Shown piece by piece: positions 21,006 to 32,303 of a DNA stretch of 64,000 nt (its first letter is position 1; each line of letters begins with the position of its first letter). Position numbers and translations under genes: made by a program. Under the pieces are notes generated by a model. It saw only the letters and a program-made list of their open reading frames with translations, was not told the origin of the DNA and ran no database searches. The DNA is from Obrimoposthia wandeli (lineage: Eukaryota): NCBI GenBank assembly GCA_977020255.1, contig CDROCS010005192.1, positions 1 to 64,000 of the forward strand, read 5' to 3'.

Positions 21006-23207
21006 ATGGCCACGTTAGATCGCGGACAAATATTTCAACAGGTTAGAGGGAACTTTATTACCCTAATTACGGGTAATCTTGGCATTCCTTTAATGCTATT
21101 GATCTTGCTTGGCATGATGACTCTGCCACTGCCTCCTTTTTTACTCGATACCTTCTTCACCTTTAATATCGCTATTTCTATTGTCGTACTTTTAATCTGT
21201 GTTTATGCGATTAAGCCGTTAGATTTTGCTGTATTCCCCAGTATTTTATTAGTCGCTACTTTATTACGTTTAGCGCTAAACGTTGCTTCAACTCGTGTGG
21301 TTTTGCTAGAAGGTCACCAAGGGGGTGATTCTGCGGGTAAAGTAATCGAGGCGTTTGGTGAAGTATTGATTGGCGGTAACTATGCTGTGGGTCTCGTTGT
21401 TTTCGCTATTTTAATGATTATTAACTTTGTTGTTGTAACCAAGGGTGCAGGTCGCGTTGCGGAAGTAAGTGCTCGCTTTACCTTGGATGCGATGCCCGGT
21501 AAACAAATGGCGATTGATGCGGATTTAAACGCGGGTTTAATGGACGCTGATCAAGCGAAAGCGCGCCGTGCAGAGATTGCTGCTGAAGCTGAATTTTACG
21601 GTTCAATGGACGGTGCCAGTAAATTTGTAAAAGGTGATGCGATTGCTGGGATTTTGATCTTGGTAATTAACGTTGTGGGAGGTTTTGCGATTGGTATGGG
21701 GCAGCACGATTTATTATTTGCCGATGCGGTTCAGAAATATACCATTCTAGCCATTGGTGATGGTTTGGTGGCACAGATTCCTTCGTTATTGTTGTCGACT
21801 GCAACGGCGATTATGGTGACTCGAAACAGTGATGCGAAAGACGTTGGCGAGCAAATTATTGGTCAAATATTCTCCTCCCCTCGTGCACTTGCCATTACCG
21901 CCGTTGTTTTGTTTTGTATGGGTATTATTCCTGATATGCCTCATTTGGTTTTTCTTTTGGCTGCTTTCTTAGCGGGTGCTGGTGCGTATTTTATTCATTG
22001 GCGCAATGAAGGCGGAGTGTTTGTTGATGGTAAACCTGTCACAGGCAAGAACGCGGAAGCGGCGCAAAGCAGCAGCTCGTCGAGTAAAGCCGTATCTAAT
22101 ACCGGTGCTCCACCATTACCAGGGGAAGCATTGCCAGAACAAGAAGTAAAAGAGTTAGGCTGGGATGATGTAGAGGCGGTGGATCGTGTTGGCTTAGAAG
22201 TAGGCTATCGCTTAATTCCTTTGGTTGATAAAAACCAAGGGGGGCAGCTTTTGGCTCGAATTAAAGGCGTACGTAAGAAGCTGTCGCAAGATATTGGTTT
22301 CTTAATGCCTTCAGTTCATATCCGCGATAATTTAGATCTTATGCCGAGTCAATATCGTATTACTTTAATGGGCGTCACTCTGGCGGAAGCTGAAATTTAC
22401 CCTGAACGAGATATGGCGATTAATCCTGGCCAAGTATTTGGCAAGCTAGAAGGTATTGAAACCCTGGATCCCGCTTTCGGCCTAGAAGCTTTATGGATTG
22501 AAAGTACGCAAAAAGATAAAGCGCAAACTCTTGGTTATACCGTGGTCGATGCGAGTACGGTGGTAGCGACTCATTTGAATCAGTTATTGCATAAGCATGC
22601 GCATGAATTGATTGGTCATGAAGATGTACAGAAAATGCTGGATATTCTTAATGAGTCTTCTCCTAAGCTTGCTGAAGAGCTGGTGCCGAATACGGTCTCT
22701 ATCAGCCAGTTGTTATCCGTCTTGCAAACCTTATTGCGCGAAGATGTCCCGGTACGCGATATGCGTACCATAGCCGAGTCTTTGGCGAACATGGCACCGC
22801 GTAGTCAAGAAATTGCCGCTCTAACCGGAGCTGCTCGCACAGGTTTAGCGCGCTTAATCATCCAGAACATCTTTGGTACCGCGGATGAGCTGAATGTAAT
22901 GACTTTGGATCCTGCTTTGGAACAGTTGTTGCTTAAGACAGTACAACAGAGTGCACAGCAGACGGGAAATATGGATACGTTAGTAATTGAACCCAGTATG
23001 GCCGATGCGATTCAACGCTCATTAATGAATGCGACGCAAGAGCAGGAAAATGCAGGTCGTGCTGCAGTCTTGGTTGTATCAAGTCAATTACGTCCCGTTC
23101 TATCTCGCTTTGTACGTAATACGATCGAACATTTAAGTGTGCTGTCGTATCAAGAAATTCCTGATAATAAAACCATAACGATTGTGGCGACTGTGGGGGC
23201 TCAATAA
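21006..23207 (+). CDS. flhA: Flagellar export protein FlhA
   Basis: RVAEVSARFTLDAMPGKQMAIDADL, FYGSMDGASKFVKGD. ATG 21006 preferred over TTG 20949. Confidence 0.97.
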   Translation: MATLDRGQIFQQVRGNFITLITGNLGIPLMLLILLGMMTLPLPPFLLDTFFTFNIAISIVVLLICVYAIKPLDFAVFPSILLVATLLRLALNVASTRVVLLEGHQGGDSAGKVIEAFGEVLIGGNYAVGLVVFAILMIINFVVVTKGAGRVAEVSARFTLDAMPGKQMAIDADLNAGLMDADQAKARRAEIAAEAEFYGSMDGASKFVKGDAIAGILILVINVVGGFAIGMGQHDLLFADAVQKYTILAIGDGLVAQIPSLLLSTATAIMVTRNSDAKDVGEQIIGQIFSSPRALAITAVVLFCMGIIPDMPHLVFLLAAFLAGAGAYFIHWRNEGGVFVDGKPVTGKNAEAAQSSSSSSKAVSNTGAPPLPGEALPEQEVKELGWDDVEAVDRVGLEVGYRLIPLVDKNQGGQLLARIKGVRKKLSQDIGFLMPSVHIRDNLDLMPSQYRITLMGVTLAEAEIYPERDMAINPGQVFGKLEGIETLDPAFGLEALWIESTQKDKAQTLGYTVVDASTVVATHLNQLLHKHAHELIGHEDVQKMLDILNESSPKLAEELVPNTVSISQLLSVLQTLLREDVPVRDMRTIAESLANMAPRSQEIAALTGAARTGLARLIIQNIFGTADELNVMTLDPALEQLLLKTVQQSAQQTGNMDTLVIEPSMADAIQRSLMNATQEQENAGRAAVLVVSSQLRPVLSRFVRNTIEHLSVLSYQEIPDNKTITIVATVGAQ

Positions 23208-24563
23208 ATGAAAGCAAAACGTTTCACCGCTAAAAATATGCAGCAAGCCTTGCGTATGGTTTCAGAAGAGTTGGGCCCAGATGCCGTCATACTATCGAAT
23301 AAGCGTTTAGGCAAGGGTGTTGAAGTGATTGCTGCACTTGATTACCAAGAAATGGCGAATGAACAGCAGCAGCAAGAAATTGATCGTCAGTTAGCCTTAC
23401 AGCAAGAATTAGAACAGGCGAAGCAGACCACGGGTAAAATTCGTCAAGAGCAGCCTCCGTTAAATCACTCGAATGTCGCGACCACGGCGGCGTTAAAAGA
23501 AGCCCTACAAGGTATCAAAGAGGGCACCATCGCTCAGTCTGCTGCTCTTGAAGCCGTGATGCAAAGCGAAGAAGAGCTGCAAGAATCCATCACTCAAAAA
23601 GCCGCCAGTATGAGTCGTGATGAGGCGACACCTTTTTTGAATCAAGTTACCGCAGAATTAAAAGATTTAAAAAACTGGTTGGTAAGTCAGCAAGGTAATG
23701 CTTGGAATCCTAACCGTCCTCTTAGCTGGCAGCAGGCACAAATTTGGCAGCGTTGCCAAGATTTAGGTATTGATCCATCATGGGCTGATAAGTTGGTTAG
23801 TGCTTTACCTGAAGATGATAATATCGAAAAAGGCTGGGCTCAGTGCTTGAAGTATATTGCTGAAGATTTACCGTTAGCCGACAATAATATGCTTCAAACT
23901 GGTGGCTGCTTTGCGTTTGTCGGGCCTACTGGTGCCGGTAAATCAACCACCATCGGTAAGCTTGCAGCACAATATGTGATTAATCATGGCAGTGAGGATA
24001 TTGCCTTGATTACGATGGATAACTATCGTATTGCAGCACACGATCAATTAAAAACCTTTGCCCGCATTATGGAAATTCCTTTATTAGTGCTGGAACCGAA
24101 CGGTGATCTGTCGGCTATGCTTGATAAATTACGCGATAAGAAATTTATTTTGATCGATACCGCAGGTTTAGCCATACAAGATCCACATTTTTCTGTGCAG
24201 TTGTCTATGCTTAAAGGGGCAGGAAATAGAGTGAAGTCTTTATTAGCTTTACCACTAACGAGCCAGGCTCGTTGCTTACAAGAAAATTATGAACATTTTA
24301 AACCGGCGGGAATTGATGGCTGTATTTTTACTAAATTGGATGAGTGTTTTAGTTTGGGGCAAGCGATGAGCATTGCTTCTGTCACACGCTTACCCATTCA
24401 CATGGTAACAGACGGCCCTCATATTCCGGCGGATATACATTTTCCTAACGCTGAGAAAATGGTTCGTCTAGCCGAGCAAATGGCACGAATGGCTCAAGCT
24501 CGTTGGCAAACATCAGAAGTGAGTTCGGCAATGAATAATAATTTTATGCAACACGGAGTGTAG
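23208..24563 (+). CDS. flhF: SRP-family GTPase FlhF
   Basis: GPDAVILS N-domain; GPTGAGKS, DTAG, TKLDE. Confidence 0.95.
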   Translation: MKAKRFTAKNMQQALRMVSEELGPDAVILSNKRLGKGVEVIAALDYQEMANEQQQQEIDRQLALQQELEQAKQTTGKIRQEQPPLNHSNVATTAALKEALQGIKEGTIAQSAALEAVMQSEEELQESITQKAASMSRDEATPFLNQVTAELKDLKNWLVSQQGNAWNPNRPLSWQQAQIWQRCQDLGIDPSWADKLVSALPEDDNIEKGWAQCLKYIAEDLPLADNNMLQTGGCFAFVGPTGAGKSTTIGKLAAQYVINHGSEDIALITMDNYRIAAHDQLKTFARIMEIPLLVLEPNGDLSAMLDKLRDKKFILIDTAGLAIQDPHFSVQLSMLKGAGNRVKSLLALPLTSQARCLQENYEHFKPAGIDGCIFTKLDECFSLGQAMSIASVTRLPIHMVTDGPHIPADIHFPNAEKMVRLAEQMARMAQARWQTSEVSSAMNNNFMQHGV

Positions 24564-24565
24564 GC

Positions 24566-25387
24566 ATGGCTCAACACCCAGTACAAGTAATTGCAGTCGC
24601 TGGTGGTAAAGGCGGAGTAGGTAAAAGTAATGTCACGGTAAATCTTGCGTGCGCATTGTCAGAATTAGGCCGCCGTGTTGTTGTGCTTGATGCGGATTTG
24701 GGCTTGGGAAATATTGATGTGCTGCTCGGCATTACCGCCAATAAAACCATTGAAAATGTTTTGCGGGGTGAATGTACCTTGCGTGAAGTGATGGTCGACG
24801 GCCCTGGTAAGGTGAGAATCGTTCCGGCGACATCAGGGGCGCAACATTTATCGATGCTAACGACTCAAGAGCATGCCGGTTTAATTCAGGCGTTCAGTGA
24901 TATTGGTAATGATCTTGATATATTGTTAATTGATACGGCAGCAGGCATCTCTGATGCGGTCATGAGCTTTGCGCGTGCTGCGCAAGAAGTTGTGATTGTT
25001 GTGACTGATGAACCTACGTCGATTACCGATGCTTATGCGCAAATTAAATTACTCAATCGCGATTACGGCGTTTTCCGTTTTCGTGTTATTGCCAATATGA
25101 TTCGCACTCCACAAGATGGTCATGCTTTGTTTGCTAAATTGATCAAGGTAACAGATCGCTTTTTAGATGTAGCGATGCAATACGTCGGCTCAGTACCTCA
25201 GGATGATGCCGTACGAAGAGCCGTGCAGCGTCAAAAAGCGGTTGTTGAAGCGTATCCTAGATCCAAGGCTGCGACGGCATTTCGTGGTCTAGCGAAAAAA
25301 GTTGATGCCTGGCCACTCGCGTCAACACCGCGAGGACATCTTGAATTCTTTGTGGAGAATCTTGTCCAAGCAGGAGCCCATGGGTAG
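24566..25387 (+). CDS. flhG: MinD-like ATPase FlhG/FleN
   Basis: GKGGVGKSN, DADLGLGN, EPTSITDAY. Confidence 0.95.
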   Translation: MAQHPVQVIAVAGGKGGVGKSNVTVNLACALSELGRRVVVLDADLGLGNIDVLLGITANKTIENVLRGECTLREVMVDGPGKVRIVPATSGAQHLSMLTTQEHAGLIQAFSDIGNDLDILLIDTAAGISDAVMSFARAAQEVVIVVTDEPTSITDAYAQIKLLNRDYGVFRFRVIANMIRTPQDGHALFAKLIKVTDRFLDVAMQYVGSVPQDDAVRRAVQRQKAVVEAYPRSKAATAFRGLAKKVDAWPLASTPRGHLEFFVENLVQAGAHG

Positions 25388-25395
25388 TACCTGTC

Positions 25396-26118
25396 ATGAA
25401 TGGATGTGCTATGTACGATGAAGTCAGTAGCCCAAATTTTGATGAGCTAGTTCGTGATCACGCATTATTAGTGAAACGAATTGCTCATCATTTAAGGGGA
25501 CGATTACCGGATAGTGTGCAGCTTGATGATCTTATTCAGGCTGGCATGATTGGGTTGATTGAAGCCGCACGAAAATACGATGGGGCGAAAGGCGCAAGCT
25601 TTGAAACCTATGCGGGTATTCGAATTCGTGGATCTATGCTCGATGAAATTCGCCGCGGTGATTGGGCGCCTCGTTCGGTACACAGAAACTCACGCCGTAT
25701 TAGTGAAGCTATTAAAGAAGTTGAGCTAGCAAAGGGGCGTGATGCTGAGGATCATGAAGTCGCGGAACATCTTGAGATGAGCGTAGATGAATACCATACC
25801 CACTTAAAAGACTCTGCGGGCTGTCGTTTATTCAGTTTTGAAGATGTGATGGAAAAAGGCGAACAAGGACAAGAGCAGTTGGTTGGTGCAAGTCCCAGTC
25901 CTTTTTTAGGGATTGAGCGGGATGCCTTTCAATCATCATTGGCGGATGCGATTAAGATGCTGCCTGAGCGAGAGCAGCTAGTATTAGCCCTGTATTATGA
26001 TGAAGAGTTAAACCTTAAAGAAATTGGTGCTGTATTGGGGATTAGTGAATCTCGAGTTAGCCAAATACACAGCCAAGCAGCACTAAGACTGCGCGCACGA
26101 TTAACGGAGTGGTCTTAG
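25396..26118 (+). CDS. fliA: RNA polymerase sigma-28 factor FliA
   Basis: DDLIQAGMIGL, RIRGSMLDEIR, ISESRVSQIHSQA. Confidence 0.97.
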   Translation: MNGCAMYDEVSSPNFDELVRDHALLVKRIAHHLRGRLPDSVQLDDLIQAGMIGLIEAARKYDGAKGASFETYAGIRIRGSMLDEIRRGDWAPRSVHRNSRRISEAIKEVELAKGRDAEDHEVAEHLEMSVDEYHTHLKDSAGCRLFSFEDVMEKGEQGQEQLVGASPSPFLGIERDAFQSSLADAIKMLPEREQLVLALYYDEELNLKEIGAVLGISESRVSQIHSQAALRLRARLTEWS

Positions 26119-26319
26119 TAAGGGCTGCTATTCCACTAGCCTGTATCGATTAATTAATAAAATATTGATTAACGTGTAGTCAACGTATTTCTATTCTTAA
26201 AAAAATTCTAACTCTTTGTAATTTCTATTTATTATCTAGCTGGCTAATGCCATATCTGCGACTACACTACTAGTTAAGGGTTATTGGAATTTATGTGAAG
26301 CTGGCATCTGGAGGTCGCT

Positions 26320-26706
26320 TTGGACAAAAATATGAAGATTCTCGTTGTGGATGATTTTTCTACAATGAGACGGATCGTTAAAAACCTGTTACGTGATTTG
26401 GGATTTACCAATACACAAGAAGCAGATGATGGATTAACGGCCTTGCCGATGTTGCAGACGGGCGACTTTGATTTTCTGGTGACTGATTGGAACATGCCAG
26501 GAATGACGGGACTCGACTTGTTAAAGCATGTGCGTGCTGATGATAAATTAAAAACCTTACCGGTATTGATGGTTACTGCAGAGGCAAAGCGCGATCAAAT
26601 TGTTGCGGCTGCTCAAGCAGGGGTGAATGGCTATGTTGTTAAGCCTTTTACTGCGGCCGTTTTAAAAGAAAAAATTGATAAAATCTTTGAGCGTGTTGAA
26701 GGTTGA
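26320..26706 (+). CDS. cheY: Chemotaxis regulator CheY (motor-controlling system)
   Basis: [38 protein letters not shown]; TTG start. Confidence 0.97.
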   Translation: MDKNMKILVVDDFSTMRRIVKNLLRDLGFTNTQEADDGLTALPMLQTGDFDFLVTDWNMPGMTGLDLLKHVRADDKLKTLPVLMVTAEAKRDQIVAAAQAGVNGYVVKPFTAAVLKEKIDKIFERVEG

Positions 26707-26721
26707 TAACAAGGAATTGGC

Positions 26722-27504
26722 ATGGCTGAGCTGCAAATAGATCCTCAAGCGCCATCCTTTCAGCAAGAAATAAAAAAACTTGCTGAAGACTTGTTGAAAA
26801 AGATCGACGATGGCGATCTTGGAAACGTTGTTGGCGTTGTCAACAGCATCAACGAAGTGCGTGATCGAACGTTGTTCGATGAGATAGGAAAATTAACTCG
26901 TGGTTTGCATGAAGCGATAAAAAATATCACCACCGGTGATGAGCTAAGTACTAATACTGGTATGGGGCAAGCTTCTGATAAATTATCGTATGTCATTCAA
27001 ATGACCGATAAAGCCGCGAATAAAACCATGGATTTAGTCGAAGAGGCAATGCCTCTTAATACTGAGACATTAGACAGCGCGGCTGATTTACAAGAACAAT
27101 GGCAAAAGTTTTTACGTAAGGAACTTAAGCCAAATGAGTTTCGTAATTTAACGAAAAAAATAGATGGTTATCTATCAAAAACTCAGATTAATTCAAAAAA
27201 AATATCATCAAACTTGTCTGGTATTTTGATGGCACAAGATTTTCAGGATCTCACTGGCCAAGTAATTAATCGTGTAACTAAGTTAGTTACTGAAGTAGAA
27301 ACACGTTTAGTGGATCTAGTAGCTATGGCGGGTGAGGTTGATCGCATAACGGGTATTACCCATGCGGATCCGAACCAAAACGATATCCCACAAGAAGATA
27401 GTAAGAACATTGCGCCAGAAGGGCCTCAAATTGATACCAGCTTAGATGGTGTTGTTGACGGTCAGGATGATGTTGATGATTTATTATCCAGTCTTGGTTT
27501 TTAA
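26722..27504 (+). CDS. cheZ: CheY-P phosphatase CheZ
   Basis: AQDFQDLTGQVI and C-terminal QDDVDDLLSSLGF. Confidence 0.96.
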   Translation: MAELQIDPQAPSFQQEIKKLAEDLLKKIDDGDLGNVVGVVNSINEVRDRTLFDEIGKLTRGLHEAIKNITTGDELSTNTGMGQASDKLSYVIQMTDKAANKTMDLVEEAMPLNTETLDSAADLQEQWQKFLRKELKPNEFRNLTKKIDGYLSKTQINSKKISSNLSGILMAQDFQDLTGQVINRVTKLVTEVETRLVDLVAMAGEVDRITGITHADPNQNDIPQEDSKNIAPEGPQIDTSLDGVVDGQDDVDDLLSSLGF

Positions 27505-27515
27505 GGAGCTAATGG

Positions 27516-29738
27516 ATGAGTTTCGATGCTGATGAAGAAATCCTCCAAGACTTTTTAGTTGAGGCTGGAGAAATCTTAGAGCTACTTTCAGAGCAACTTG
27601 TTGATCTTGAGCAGCGTCCTGATGATTATGATTTACTGAATGCTATTTTCCGTGGTTTCCATACCGTAAAAGGTGGTGCAGGTTTTTTACAACTCAATGC
27701 ATTGGTTGATTGTTGCCATGAAGCCGAGAACGTTTTCGATATTCTTCGCAATGGGCAGCGCAAAGTAACATCTGATTTAATGGATATTATTTTACAAGCA
27801 TTGGATACGGTTAACGAAATGTTCAGCGCTGTGCGTAGTAATCAAACGCCTGAGCCTGCAACGCCTGAATTGTTAGCAGCATTACATGGCTTAGCTCAAC
27901 CAGAAAGTAATGATGCCCCTCCTGAGGCCGCTGTAGAAGAAGTCGCAGTGGTTGTAGAAACGGTTGTAGAGCCTAAGGCAAGTTCTGAACAATCAGACGA
28001 TATTACCGATGACGAATTCGAACAGTTATTAGATGCCCTTGATAATGATGCCAAAGCCGCTGCTTCGAGTACACCAGCAGTGGATGGTCTTGGCTTGGAT
28101 GATGATGACTTATTTGTTGATGTTAGCAATGAGCCAGTGGCCTCTACTAATAGTGATGAAATAACGGAAGATGAATTCGAAGCGTTATTAGATCAAATAC
28201 ATGGTTCAGGTAACACCGCGCCAGCAGATAATTCTGCCTCGGATAACAAAGCTGCAGAAACTAGTGCTGCCTCTGCACCTGTCCCTGCCCCATCAGGTTC
28301 TGATGATTTAATTACCGACTCAGAGTTTGAAGACTTATTAGATCGCTTGCACGGTAAAGGACAAGACCCCACTACCGCCGCGAGTAGTGCGGAGCCTGTT
28401 AAGCCTGAAGAAATAAAAGTAGAAGCCGCTAAGCCTGCAGTTGTACCGCCAGAAACTAAAAAACCCGAGGTTGTGCAAGCAAAAGCACCTGAGCAACCCG
28501 TGGCAAAGCCCGCTGCGAAACCCCCCGGTAAACCATCGGAGTCTTCCGCTCCGGTAGCAGAAACGACGGTTCGTGTCGATACTAAACGTTTAGACGACAT
28601 TATGAACATGGTTGGCGAATTGGTATTGGTACGCAATCGTTTGATGCGTTTAGGATTAAATAGTAATGACGAGGAAATGTCTAAAGCGGTATCTAATCTA
28701 GATGTCGTAACTGGAGATTTACAGTCATCAGTTATGAAAACTCGGATGCAGCCCATCAAAAAAGTATTTGGTCGCTTCCCTCGAGTTGTTCGTGATTTAG
28801 CACGCTCCTTGAAAAAAGAAATTAATCTAGAGCTTCGAGGAGAGGATACTGACTTAGATAAAAACTTGGTTGAAGCTTTGGCCGATCCGTTGGTTCACTT
28901 AGTGCGCAATGCAGTTGATCACGGCGTTGAGTTACCGGATGCGCGCGAAGCTGCTGGTAAATCGAGAGTCGGTGTTGTTGTCTTAGCGGCCGAGCAAGAA
29001 GGTGACCACATTTTGCTTTCCATCGAAGATGATGGTGGCGGTATGGACCCTAATGTTTTAAGAGGCATCGCGGTAAAGAAAGGCGTGATGGATCAAGATG
29101 CGGCTGATCGCTTAACGGATAATGAATGCTATAACCTAATCTTTGCGCCAGGGTTTTCTACCAAAGAAGTTATTTCTGATGTGTCTGGCCGTGGTGTTGG
29201 CATGGATGTGGTGAAAACCAAAATCAATCAGTTAAACGGCACCTTAAATATTGATTCAACCCTTGGTAAAGGTACGCGGATTGAGATCAAAGTGCCTTTG
29301 ACCTTGGCGATTATGCCGACGTTGATGGTGATGTTAAAAGATCAAGCCTTTGCGTTTCCATTAGTCAGTGTTAATGAAATTTTTCACTTAGATCTTTCAC
29401 AAACAAATGTGGTTGATGGTCAGGAAGTGATTGTCGTGCGAGATAAACCGATTCCTTTATTTCACTTGAAACGTTGGTTAGTTAAAGGTGAGGTTGATGC
29501 TAAGGCGGATGAAAGTTCTCATGTGCTTGTGGTTTCTATTGGTAATCAACGAGCCGGCTTTGTGGTTGATCAATTGATTGGCCAAGAGGAAGTTGTGATT
29601 AAACCTCTAGGCGCGATGTTGCATGGTACTGCTGGTATGGCAGGCGCAACAATTACTGGTGATGGCCGTATTGCTTTAATTTTAGATGTTCCTAGCATGC
29701 TACAACATTATGCAGGACGGCAGCTAACTGCCGCATAA
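27516..29738 (+). CDS. cheA: Chemotaxis histidine kinase CheA (flagellar system)
   Basis: FRGFHTVKGG, MNMVGELVLVRN, HLVRNAVDHG, GRGVGMDVV, CheW domain. Confidence 0.97.
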   Translation: MSFDADEEILQDFLVEAGEILELLSEQLVDLEQRPDDYDLLNAIFRGFHTVKGGAGFLQLNALVDCCHEAENVFDILRNGQRKVTSDLMDIILQALDTVNEMFSAVRSNQTPEPATPELLAALHGLAQPESNDAPPEAAVEEVAVVVETVVEPKASSEQSDDITDDEFEQLLDALDNDAKAAASSTPAVDGLGLDDDDLFVDVSNEPVASTNSDEITEDEFEALLDQIHGSGNTAPADNSASDNKAAETSAASAPVPAPSGSDDLITDSEFEDLLDRLHGKGQDPTTAASSAEPVKPEEIKVEAAKPAVVPPETKKPEVVQAKAPEQPVAKPAAKPPGKPSESSAPVAETTVRVDTKRLDDIMNMVGELVLVRNRLMRLGLNSNDEEMSKAVSNLDVVTGDLQSSVMKTRMQPIKKVFGRFPRVVRDLARSLKKEINLELRGEDTDLDKNLVEALADPLVHLVRNAVDHGVELPDAREAAGKSRVGVVVLAAEQEGDHILLSIEDDGGGMDPNVLRGIAVKKGVMDQDAADRLTDNECYNLIFAPGFSTKEVISDVSGRGVGMDVVKTKINQLNGTLNIDSTLGKGTRIEIKVPLTLAIMPTLMVMLKDQAFAFPLVSVNEIFHLDLSQTNVVDGQEVIVVRDKPIPLFHLKRWLVKGEVDAKADESSHVLVVSIGNQRAGFVVDQLIGQEEVVIKPLGAMLHGTAGMAGATITGDGRIALILDVPSMLQHYAGRQLTAA

Positions 29739-29755
29739 AAGGATGATTTTATATC

Positions 29756-30862
29756 ATGGCTCTACCCGCGAAGCTTAAGGTATTAGTGGTTGATGATTCT
29801 GGATTTTTTCAACGCCGCGTAACAGAAATAATTAATGCTGATGCTCGTCTGGAAGTTATTGCTACGGCTAGTAATGGTCTTGAAGGTGTCGAAAAGGCTT
29901 TGGCATTAAAGCCTGATGTAATCACAATGGATTATGAGATGCCGGTTATGGACGGTGTCACAGCAGTCCGTCATATTATGAATCAGTGCCCAACACCGGT
30001 ACTGATGTTTTCGTCTCTTACCTATGAAGGCGCCCGTATTACTCTGGATGCCTTAGAGGCAGGGGCGGTTGATTTCTTATCCAAGCAGTTTGACGCGATT
30101 GCAGCTTCTGAAGCTCAGTTGCATAAAACCTTAACGGATAGAATTTGTGAAGTTGCGGCTTCGGGTAAAAAAACAAGCGATAAAAAGTCTCCCTCTGCTT
30201 CAGCTCCCAGCTCAAATAATGCGACCGCGAATAGTATCACAGCGGCAACTTCTCATGGAGCCAGTAGCACCCACTCTGCCACAAAGTCGTTACGCCATGT
30301 CGAGGTTGTTATTATAGGAACATCTACGGGTGGACCTGCGGCCTTGCAAACTATTTTTAAACAAATTCCTGCCAGTTTTTCTAAGCCCATTGTGATTGTT
30401 CAGCACATGCCAGGTTCTTTTACCAAGGCCTTTGCTGAGAGGCTAGATAGATTAAGTCCTTTGACCGTCAGTGAGGCGGTGCAGGGTGACAAGTTAAAAC
30501 CAGGTCATGTGTACGTCGCGCCAGGTGGTATGCAGCTTATGGTAGACAGTCGTAATGGTGGCAGTATTCACATTCATGAAAGTGATGATCGTATTAGTTA
30601 TCGGCCTAGTGTTGATATCGCCCTTGCGTCTGCGGCGAAGCATTTTGGTCGTAAAGCACTAGCGATTATCCTTACGGGTATGGGCTCTGATGGTAAAGAA
30701 GGCGCTCAATTATTGAAGCAAGCAGGTGGCACTATTTGGGCTCAGGACGAAGCCAGTTGTGTCATTTATGGAATGCCAATGGCTGTAACTAAAGCTGGCC
30801 TCGTTGAAAAAATTCTTCCACTTGATGTAATTGGCACTAAAATTTCTGATGAGGCTGGATAA
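29756..30862 (+). CDS. cheB: Chemotaxis methylesterase CheB
   Basis: REC domain plus GTSTGGP, QHMP, YRPSVD, LTGMGSDG, YGMP. Confidence 0.96.
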   Translation: MALPAKLKVLVVDDSGFFQRRVTEIINADARLEVIATASNGLEGVEKALALKPDVITMDYEMPVMDGVTAVRHIMNQCPTPVLMFSSLTYEGARITLDALEAGAVDFLSKQFDAIAASEAQLHKTLTDRICEVAASGKKTSDKKSPSASAPSSNNATANSITAATSHGASSTHSATKSLRHVEVVIIGTSTGGPAALQTIFKQIPASFSKPIVIVQHMPGSFTKAFAERLDRLSPLTVSEAVQGDKLKPGHVYVAPGGMQLMVDSRNGGSIHIHESDDRISYRPSVDIALASAAKHFGRKALAIILTGMGSDGKEGAQLLKQAGGTIWAQDEASCVIYGMPMAVTKAGLVEKILPLDVIGTKISDEAG

Positions 30863-31602
30863 TGGATCGCCTGGTTTTATTATTACTTTTTGGTGCAATT
30901 TCTAGTGTTGTAGTTGGGCATGTATTAGAGGGAGGGTCTCTTTTATCTTTATGGAATGCGCCAGCTTTGTTGATAGTCTTTGGCGGTTCATTATTGGCTC
31001 TTGCGGTGCAAACACCTATGTACTTAGCGGTGCGAGCGGCGAAATTATTATCTTGGCTCGTGGCTCCACCACACGCTTCTCTTGATCAGTTATTAACGAA
31101 ACTAACAACCTGTGGGAATGCCTATCGCAAAGATGGTGTCTTAGGTTTAGATCGTATTGCTCAGGCGGAACATGATCCGGTGATGAAACGAGCATTGGTG
31201 ATGCTTGCTGATGGTCAATTACCGAGCGCGATTGAAAAAAGTATTCTATTAGAAATTGAAACGCATCGAGAAAAAGATATGTATGCGGCAGAAGTATTTG
31301 ATAATTTGGGAGGGTATTTACCGACACTGGGTATTGTTGGTGCGGTACTTGGATTGATGCAGGTATTGTCTAACCTTGCACAGCCCGAAGAGTTAGGTCG
31401 AGGTATCGCCACAGCATTTGTTGCTACTTTTTATGGTGTTGCCGCTGCCAATTTAATTGCTATTCCTATTGCGGGTCGTTTACGCGGATTCATTCAGCAG
31501 CGTACTCGTTATCATAAAGCTATGATCGTAGGTGTGATGGCCATTCGTGAAGGTATTAATCCACAGCTCATTCGTTATCGTTTGGAAGGAATGGATTTAT
31601 GA
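30862..31602 (+). CDS. motC: Flagellar stator A subunit (MotC/PomA-type)
   Basis: GGSL...PALLIVFGG, RKDGVLGL, PTLGIVGAVLGLMQV, ATFYGV; same position as Pseudomonas motC. Confidence 0.85.
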   Translation: MDRLVLLLLFGAISSVVVGHVLEGGSLLSLWNAPALLIVFGGSLLALAVQTPMYLAVRAAKLLSWLVAPPHASLDQLLTKLTTCGNAYRKDGVLGLDRIAQAEHDPVMKRALVMLADGQLPSAIEKSILLEIETHREKDMYAAEVFDNLGGYLPTLGIVGAVLGLMQVLSNLAQPEELGRGIATAFVATFYGVAAANLIAIPIAGRLRGFIQQRTRYHKAMIVGVMAIREGINPQLIRYRLEGMDL

Positions 31603-32303
31603 GCAGTGAGCATGGTCCTGATCGTCATCGTTGGTTAATTTCGTATGCAGATTATATGACCCTGCTGTGTGCATTTTTTATTATGTTGTACAGCGTGAAA
31701 TTATTAAACGAAGAGCAGTATCAAGCGGTGCAAGATGTTTTGGGGGGGATGTTTACTACGTCAGCGCAACAGATCTTGCCACAGCCTGAAGTCTCTACCA
31801 CGATTCTAGACCATAATAATGGTGTGATGCCACTCTATCAAACGGTAAAGCAACAGTTGCAGGTTTTCATTGATAGTAACGAACTCAATTTAGAACAAGA
31901 GGGCGAGTGGATAAAAATCCGTTTGAAAACGGATACACTTTTTCCTGCTGGTGGTTGGGAAATTAACGATGAAATGATGGATATGATCGAACAGCTTGCA
32001 TTGGTCATTCGGCCTATTCCAAATGAAATAAACATCGAAGGTCATACCGATGATGTCCCCATTAGTACCCGTGATATTGTTAGTAATTGGGATTTGTCGG
32101 CATTACGTGCGGTTGCGGTTGTGCGGGCATTTGAATTATTTGGCGTTGCCCCTCAAAGAATGGCGGCCATGGGGTATTCATACCACAAACCCTTATTTGA
32201 CAACGATAGTGATGAGCACCGTTTGGCAAATCGGCGCGTTGAAATTTTAATTAAGCAAGGAAGTATTAATCAGCCTTGGGCGAGAGAGGATGTTGTGGAA
32301 TGA
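31599..32303 (+). CDS. motD: Flagellar stator B subunit (MotD/PomB-type)
   Basis: WLISYADYMTLL with the conserved Asp; OmpA-like domain IEGHTDD, NWDLSALRA, NRRVEI. Confidence 0.85.
   Translation: MSSEHGPDRHRWLISYADYMTLLCAFFIMLYSVKLLNEEQYQAVQDVLGGMFTTSAQQILPQPEVSTTILDHNNGVMPLYQTVKQQLQVFIDSNELNLEQEGEWIKIRLKTDTLFPAGGWEINDEMMDMIEQLALVIRPIPNEINIEGHTDDVPISTRDIVSNWDLSALRAVAVVRAFELFGVAPQRMAAMGYSYHKPLFDNDSDEHRLANRRVEILIKQGSINQPWAREDVVE

Noticed and set aside
28193-28759. Long antisense ORFs (e.g. 28193..28759, 15338..15817) and other short shadow ORFs
   Set aside because: They lie opposite well-conserved genes, show no motifs and have no RBS; expected from codon bias.
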